From: Candidatus Latescibacterota bacterium
Lineage (GTDB): Bacteria; Latescibacterota; UBA2968; UBA8231
Assembly: GCA_965206595.1 (NCBI GenBank)
Contig: OZ242214.1
Span: 5,886,675-5,950,674, forward strand
Length of the DNA: 64,000 bases
Direction: 5' to 3'
How positions within the stretch are numbered: position 1 is the first letter of the stretch; each line of letters begins with the position of its first letter. The notes under the pieces were generated by a model. The model ran no database searches. It saw only the letters and a list, made by a program, of their open reading frames with translations, and was not told the DNA's origin. A program made the position numbers and the translations under genes. Shown piece after piece: positions 59,249-64,000 of the stretch.

Positions 59249-60297
59249 CGACCATCCAAAGTCTTGCCGGTGTATCGCAAAATGTGGTGCCGGGGAGGAT
59301 GGTAGAAGCGGCCCACCTCCTCCAGGATTTCGCGTTTGCGCCGCATACGTTCCCTTGCCGGGAGAGTCAGCGCGATATCCTCGACATCGTGCGGCCCTAT
59401 GCGCCAGTGGCCACACACAGCTCCGGTCAACTCTCCGTCAATGAGCAGGTAAGCAAGCACCTCCAGCCCTTCGAAGCGCTCCCTGAGCTCGACCGCATGG
59501 GGGATGACCAGAGGATCTCCCGGGTGAAGCATGAATACGTCTGCGACTGTTCGAGCCGGATCCAGGTTGCGGTCTTCAACGCAGGTCCATCCTGCTCCCA
59601 GGCCTGCCACCTTAACGGTCGCGATCCCTGCGTTTTCCAACTGGGTCAGAACGCCCGTCAGCCCTCGTTCAGTGAATCCCGACCAGCTTTTGAGCTCCTG
59701 GAAGGTTGCAAACACGTGGCTTTGTAGGAAGCGTTTGATAACGGCCATGGTCGCTTCCTCCCACGACAGGCGACCCGGGTCAACCTCCGGAAGGGCCGAA
59801 CTCAGCAGGGACCAGGGCCGGTCCCAACTGGCATCGCTTTGATCTTCGAACACCAGAAACGCCTCCTGCAGACGATGCAGCACGGGCATCAGCTTCTTGT
59901 GTTGAATGTCCATCTCCAGCCGCAGCTGGCGCGGGGACAATCCGTCGTGGTAGCCCAAAACCTGAAGGACTCGGTCCTGTACGCTGTTGAGGGACTTCAG
60001 CGGCCGGCGAAACGCGGTGGCATAGAGTTCGAAATCCGCGGCCAGCACATAGCCGATTCTGCCGCCGGAGAACCGGCCTTTCAGCAGGTCGTGACGGGCG
60101 CGCAACGCGTCGGCCAGGGCCCGATCGTCCCCGTGACAGCGGTGCATGAGGCGGGGAGGCGAGCCGGGCATGTCGCGAGCTACGGGAGTCACGGGCTGCA
60201 GTCTCCTCACGAGCTCGAGGTGTTCCCCCTCGTCGCGGGCAGGCGATACCAGTCGGTGGCGCCCGAGGCGGTGGGCGAGGATGGATTCCTTTCTCAT
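59245..60297 (-). CDS. Winged-helix DNA-binding protein (YcaQ-like DNA-glycosylase family)
   Basis: YcaQ-like sequence from the internal Met (MRKESILAHRLGRHRL…); the upstream 159-codon extension was rejected. Confidence 0.55.
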   Translation of the reverse strand: MRKESILAHRLGRHRLVSPARDEGEHLELVRRLQPVTPVARDMPGSPPRLMHRCHGDDRALADALRARHDLLKGRFSGGRIGYVLAADFELYATAFRRPLKSLNSVQDRVLQVLGYHDGLSPRQLRLEMDIQHKKLMPVLHRLQEAFLVFEDQSDASWDRPWSLLSSALPEVDPGRLSWEEATMAVIKRFLQSHVFATFQELKSWSGFTERGLTGVLTQLENAGIATVKVAGLGAGWTCVEDRNLDPARTVADVFMLHPGDPLVIPHAVELRERFEGLEVLAYLLIDGELTGAVCGHWRIGPHDVEDIALTLPARERMRRKREILEEVGRFYHPPRHHILRYTGKTLDGR

Positions 60298-60305
60298 TGC
60301 CGGGG

Positions 60306-60947
60306 CTATTTGTCGGGGCGGGCTTCCGTACTCGGCCCTGGCGCCAACATACCGCGCGCTTCGGGATGTGCGGCTTTGAGGTTTTTTTCGGCCAGCCGTA
60401 CGGTTTCGCTGACGCGTCTGGCGCGAGTTTCTTCGCGCTTCGCCGTCTTGATCCAGAGCAGGATGACTTTCTTTGCCGCCTTGTTGAACGCTTCGAAGTT
60501 GCTTTTCGCTGGTTTGTTCCGGGCGAGCGCCTGTGCAAGATCTTTCGGGATAAAGAGCTTCTCGACGTCGTCGAGAAACGCCCATGAGCCCTCTTTCTTT
60601 GCCGCGTCGATTTTCGCCTGCCCGGCGGGCTGCATGAGGCCGGCTCTGGCAAGCCGCCTGACGCGTTTCTTGTTCGATTCCGACCATGTACTTCCGGGTT
60701 TCCTCGGTGCAACGAGCAGCATCGTGCGATCGTCGTCGAGGCGGTTGGTACGGGCATCCACCCAGCCGAAACAAAGCAACTCCTCGACCACGTGGTCGTA
60801 CGGCAGGTATTCCCCGATCACATGTTTTTTGTAAGTAACCAGCCAGAACGTGTCTGCGGTTTCATGATGGGTCCGCAGCCATTTGCGCAGGGCAGCCCGC
60901 GATGCGAATTCAATCCTTGGGAAGTCTCGTAACTTGCTCATGCGCAA
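60306..60947 (-). CDS. YdeI/OmpD-associated family protein
   Basis: Conserved C-terminal region (…KAAKKVILLWIKTAKREETRARRV…). Confidence 0.6.
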   Translation of the reverse strand: MRMSKLRDFPRIEFASRAALRKWLRTHHETADTFWLVTYKKHVIGEYLPYDHVVEELLCFGWVDARTNRLDDDRTMLLVAPRKPGSTWSESNKKRVRRLARAGLMQPAGQAKIDAAKKEGSWAFLDDVEKLFIPKDLAQALARNKPAKSNFEAFNKAAKKVILLWIKTAKREETRARRVSETVRLAEKNLKAAHPEARGMLAPGPSTEARPDK

Positions 60948-61010
60948 TCTGGCTTGCCGCGTAGCCGTCGCATCGCCGGTCGCATCTCGCGAATACAGTC
61001 CGACTGCGGG

Positions 61011-61841
61011 CTACCGCTTCTCCGCGATGATCCCGAGCATCGGCGGCGCCGACAGGAACGCGCCGGGATCCTGCTCGCGCTCACGCCACTCGGCCTCGAA
61101 CGCACGGCGTTCCGCTCCCGTCAGCAGCCCGGCTTCCACCAGCCTCGGCACGTAACCGAAGAAGAACCCCGCCGGCCACTGCCAAAACTCCGTCCCGGGT
61201 CGGGCGAAACGCAATATCGGGACGAGGTCAAGCACACGGCATCCGGCTCTTGCTAACAATCCCGGAAGCCGCTCGCCGACGTTGAGATCTCCTCCGGTGC
61301 GCCGCCAGCTCTCGTACACCGCCGCGAGCACGCGATCGAACGCAGGGGTTGGCGGATACAGCTTCGTCGCGTGGTAGTTCAGGTAATCCCAAACCACGAA
61401 CCGGCCTCCCGGCCGCAGCCCCGACACCACCCTTTCGATGACCGGCGCCGGGTCGGGGAGAAAACAGAAAAGCCAGCGCGCGAAGGCGCCGTCGAGGGAG
61501 CCGGGTTCGAACTGCAGGGCCTCAACCCGCTCCACGCGCGCCGCGAGCTGCGTGAGTCCGCGCCGCTTCGATTCCTGGACCAGCTTTTCGATGAAGCGTG
61601 GCGACTCGTCTACCGCGAGCACGTGTCCGCTGGCGCCGACCCGGTGCGCCAGCTCGAGAGCGGCGAACCCCGGACCGCAGCCGAGATCGAGCAAACGGTC
61701 GCCCGGGCCGAAACCGGCGCGGTCCCAGAGGTCGTGCGCTTCCTGCGACCACAGGCGATGCTGCGTCTCAAGCCGCCGCCCTTCCTCGGGATCTGTGCCG
61801 AGGAGATACGGTTTCTCCGGGGAGGGTTCGGCGTCTGTCAC
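61011..61841 (-). CDS. Class I SAM-dependent methyltransferase
   Basis: Motif I LDLGCGPGFAA. Confidence 0.75.
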   Translation of the reverse strand: MTDAEPSPEKPYLLGTDPEEGRRLETQHRLWSQEAHDLWDRAGFGPGDRLLDLGCGPGFAALELAHRVGASGHVLAVDESPRFIEKLVQESKRRGLTQLAARVERVEALQFEPGSLDGAFARWLFCFLPDPAPVIERVVSGLRPGGRFVVWDYLNYHATKLYPPTPAFDRVLAAVYESWRRTGGDLNVGERLPGLLARAGCRVLDLVPILRFARPGTEFWQWPAGFFFGYVPRLVEAGLLTGAERRAFEAEWREREQDPGAFLSAPPMLGIIAEKR

Positions 61842-61935
61842 TGACTGCGGTCGGGGTGGTGGAACGGCGCGTCTCGCGACACCTCACTCCTTCGTCCCGC
61901 GGTTCCCGCCCAGCCAACATTGGGCGGGCGGAGGA

Positions 61936-62307
61936 TCATCTGTCGCGGAAGCCTTTGCCGTCCAGGATCTTCCGGGTGTACTTCCCGACTCGTGCGGCGC
62001 GGGTCTTGGCTTGCCTGGCACCTGAGAAGTACAGGTTGTACTCCCGCTGGCGACCAGGGGTCAGCGACTCGAACGCAGCCTTCAACGCCGGGTCCTGGTC
62101 CAGGCGACTCTGGAGCTCCTCGACCAGGAGGAGCTCGGGTGGCGAGCCCACCTTTTTGCCCGCCTCCTCGACATCGATGGCCTCGTCGATGTATGCCTTG
62201 ACCGTGTCGGCCAGCCGGGCAACGTCCTCAACCGAGGTGAACCGGATACGGCGAGCCGACCGTGAGTTCGGCCCTTGCTCCTCGAGGACGCCTTCAGAAT
62301 CATTCAA
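61936..62307 (-). CDS. YdeI/OmpD-associated-like small protein (123 aa)
   Basis: C-terminal …REYNLYFSGARQAKTRAARV… resembles the same family as 60306..60947. Confidence 0.45.
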   Translation of the reverse strand: MNDSEGVLEEQGPNSRSARRIRFTSVEDVARLADTVKAYIDEAIDVEEAGKKVGSPPELLLVEELQSRLDQDPALKAAFESLTPGRQREYNLYFSGARQAKTRAARVGKYTRKILDGKGFRDR

Positions 62308-62727
62308 CAGGGCACCTTCCGATTTTCCGTCGACATCAGCAATGCGCGGCCTGTGGTGGTCGTCGGAGAATCACCGTCCATCTGGCAATCGGCGATGCTT
62401 CTGTCCCTGTGCGTCAAAGATGAAGGTCTGGTGCTCGTTATAGCGGTTCCGACACCTTTCCTTTCATCCCGTCTAACGGGATTGCGAATTCGGCATTCTT
62501 GAATGTACCCGCGCCGTCCTCTAGAGTTCAACCATCCGCATCAGTACCAAGCCGTTCGCTGAAACCGTACGCAAGGGTCCAGCAGGGGCCCTGATGAATC
62601 GATGGTCGTGGCACCGAATCGTTCGCGACTGCACTCAGTACCGTTGTAAAGGATTTCGGCAGGGCGCTCCTGCCCGCCGCGTCCAGGCAGGGTGAGCGGA
62701 GGGCTCGAGCCAGCGGGACTGCGGAAT

Positions 62728-63669
62728 ATGTCCATTCGCCTCAGGAAGCTGCATCCATTAATCGGGGCTGAAGTCACCGGGGTCGATCTGGCCGGCCCCC
62801 TCGACCGGGCCACCGTGGAAGCCATCAAGAGCGCCTGGAGCCGGTACGGCGTGCTCCTCTTCCCGCAACAACCGATTACCGATGAGCAGCAGGTGGCCTT
62901 CAGCCGCCATTTCGGGTCGCTGGAGATCTTCCCCCAGGCGGCAAACCGTTCCCGGACAGTACCGGAGATCTTTCGCGTCGCCAATGTGGGCGATGACGAC
63001 CGCATCCGGCCGGTCGACTCACCCGGCGCCCGTTACAGCACGCTGATTTGTGTCTGGCACACCGACAGCAGTTACCGTCGAGTGCCCAGCAAGGGGGCGG
63101 TGCTGCATGCCATCGAGGTGGTCGGCAAAGGCGGCGACACCCTGTTTGCCAACATGTGCCACGCCTACCAGCAGATGCCGGGGGAGCTGAAAGAGAGGAT
63201 CGCGGGGCTGAAGGCGCGCCACAGTTTTGAATACTCCCGCCAGCTGCGCCAGCTCCCTCCCATGGATCCGGCCGAAGCCGCCCAGGTGCCGGCGGTGGAC
63301 CATCCCCTGGTCCGCCGGCACCGGGACGGGCGCCTCTCGCTCTACGTCAGCGCCACCTACATGGAAGCGCATCCCGGGGCTGAGCGAAGCCGACAGCAGG
63401 GGGCTCATCGACGAGTTGATGACCTGGGCCACACAGGACCGGTTCGTCTACCGGCATCGCTGGCGTCGCCACGACGTCCTGATGTGGGACAACCGCTGGT
63501 GCCTCCACGTGGTGACCCCCTTCGACCACGGCGCCGAACGCCGGGTGATGCATCGCACCACCATCGCCGGCACCGAACCGGTGGAAGGGGAGCGGCATAC
63601 AGCCGCTCGCCAGTGCAGTTCTCCAAAGCTGGTCGAGGGTTACGAGCGCGACGGTTTTGAGCTTGACTG
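62728..63669 (+). pseudogene. TauD/TfdA-family Fe(II)/2OG dioxygenase, frameshifted in a G4 run at 63376-63379
   Basis: N-terminal …LHPLIGAEVTGVDL… and His-x-Asp (WHTDSS) in frame 1; C-terminal …VLMWDNRWCLHVVTPF… in frame 2; removing one G restores the ORF. Confidence 0.7.
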
Positions 63670-63697
63670 AGGGGGTTGAGATCCGTACGGTCTGAGC

Positions 63698-64000
63698 ATG
63701 ACAGAACCCAGGAAAACGGTCGAGACCGCCGCCGCCATCGACGACGGATCCACGACGCGCGCCGCCAAAGGCGAGTGGGCTCCTCGAATTCTGGGGAAAG
63801 CACAGCCTTTCGTCTGGCCGATCCAGCCCAAAAAGCTCCTCCAGTTTCTGCTCGGTTTCCCCGGTTTCCTTTGGCCGTTCGGCGCCGTCGCCTTCTACGG
63901 CCTCGCGGCCGTAACGTGGCACTATCTCCAGCCGGGGGCCGACGAGTTGAGCAACTTCAGCGAGCTGCGCGCCTCCTGGATCCTGCCGATGTTCGCCCGC
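63698..64000 (+). CDS. Membrane protein, N-terminal part (runs off the window end)
   Basis: ATG 63698 with no stop before 64000; hydrophobic segments (…LLGFPGFLWPFGAVAFYGLAAV…). Confidence 0.4.
   Translation, partial: MTEPRKTVETAAAIDDGSTTRAAKGEWAPRILGKAQPFVWPIQPKKLLQFLLGFPGFLWPFGAVAFYGLAAVTWHYLQPGADELSNFSELRASWILPMFAR

Noticed and set aside
59245-60774. 509-aa ORF including a 159-aa basic N-terminal extension on the YcaQ-like gene
   Set aside because: The extension overlaps the independently supported YdeI-like gene (60306..60947) and is junk-like; the start was moved to the internal Met.

Overview
High-GC (~65%) bacterial chromosomal segment. Gene content looks like an anaerobic Gram-negative, deltaproteobacteria/Desulfobacterota-like organism (HigBA, IS630, a probable selenoprotein); this is a guess. 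Positions 1-18,000 form a defence/toxin island. It holds a HigB/HigA module and a CoxIII-like membrane protein. Two tandem, differently decayed copies of a zeta-toxin / Fic / AlbA_2-HATPase_c_4 cassette follow. Then comes a Type I R-M locus (hsdM-hsdS-hsdR). Its hsdM is broken by a 4-bp GGCT duplication. A low-GC four-gene insert sits between hsdS and hsdR. The insert has an HNH nuclease, a 75-aa protein and a coiled-coil ABC/SMC-like ATPase in ABC-3C / Lamassu-like order, plus an orphan 298-aa acidic protein. The rest is mostly housekeeping and catabolism. It includes msrA, hemL with a duplicated 5' end, two DEAD-box helicases and a frameshifted sulfatase. There are three PhyH-family dioxygenases, a TauD pseudogene, SDRs, an acetoin-type E1alpha/E1beta plus a degenerate E2, a 2-hydroxyacid dehydrogenase and an Lhr helicase. 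A predicted AhpD-like selenoprotein has an in-frame UGA and a SECIS-like hairpin. Other genes are an IS630 element, a formamidase, an S18 paralog divergent from arfB, a sigma factor, PepF, a short-form type IIA topoisomerase B/A pair, an enolase-superfamily enzyme, a Gfo/Idh/MocA oxidoreductase, methyltransferases and YcaQ/YdeI-like genes. No rRNA, tRNA or CRISPR array was seen. Four accessory genes carry single frameshifts while the long core genes are intact. All functional calls rest on motif recognition by eye; no database search was possible.
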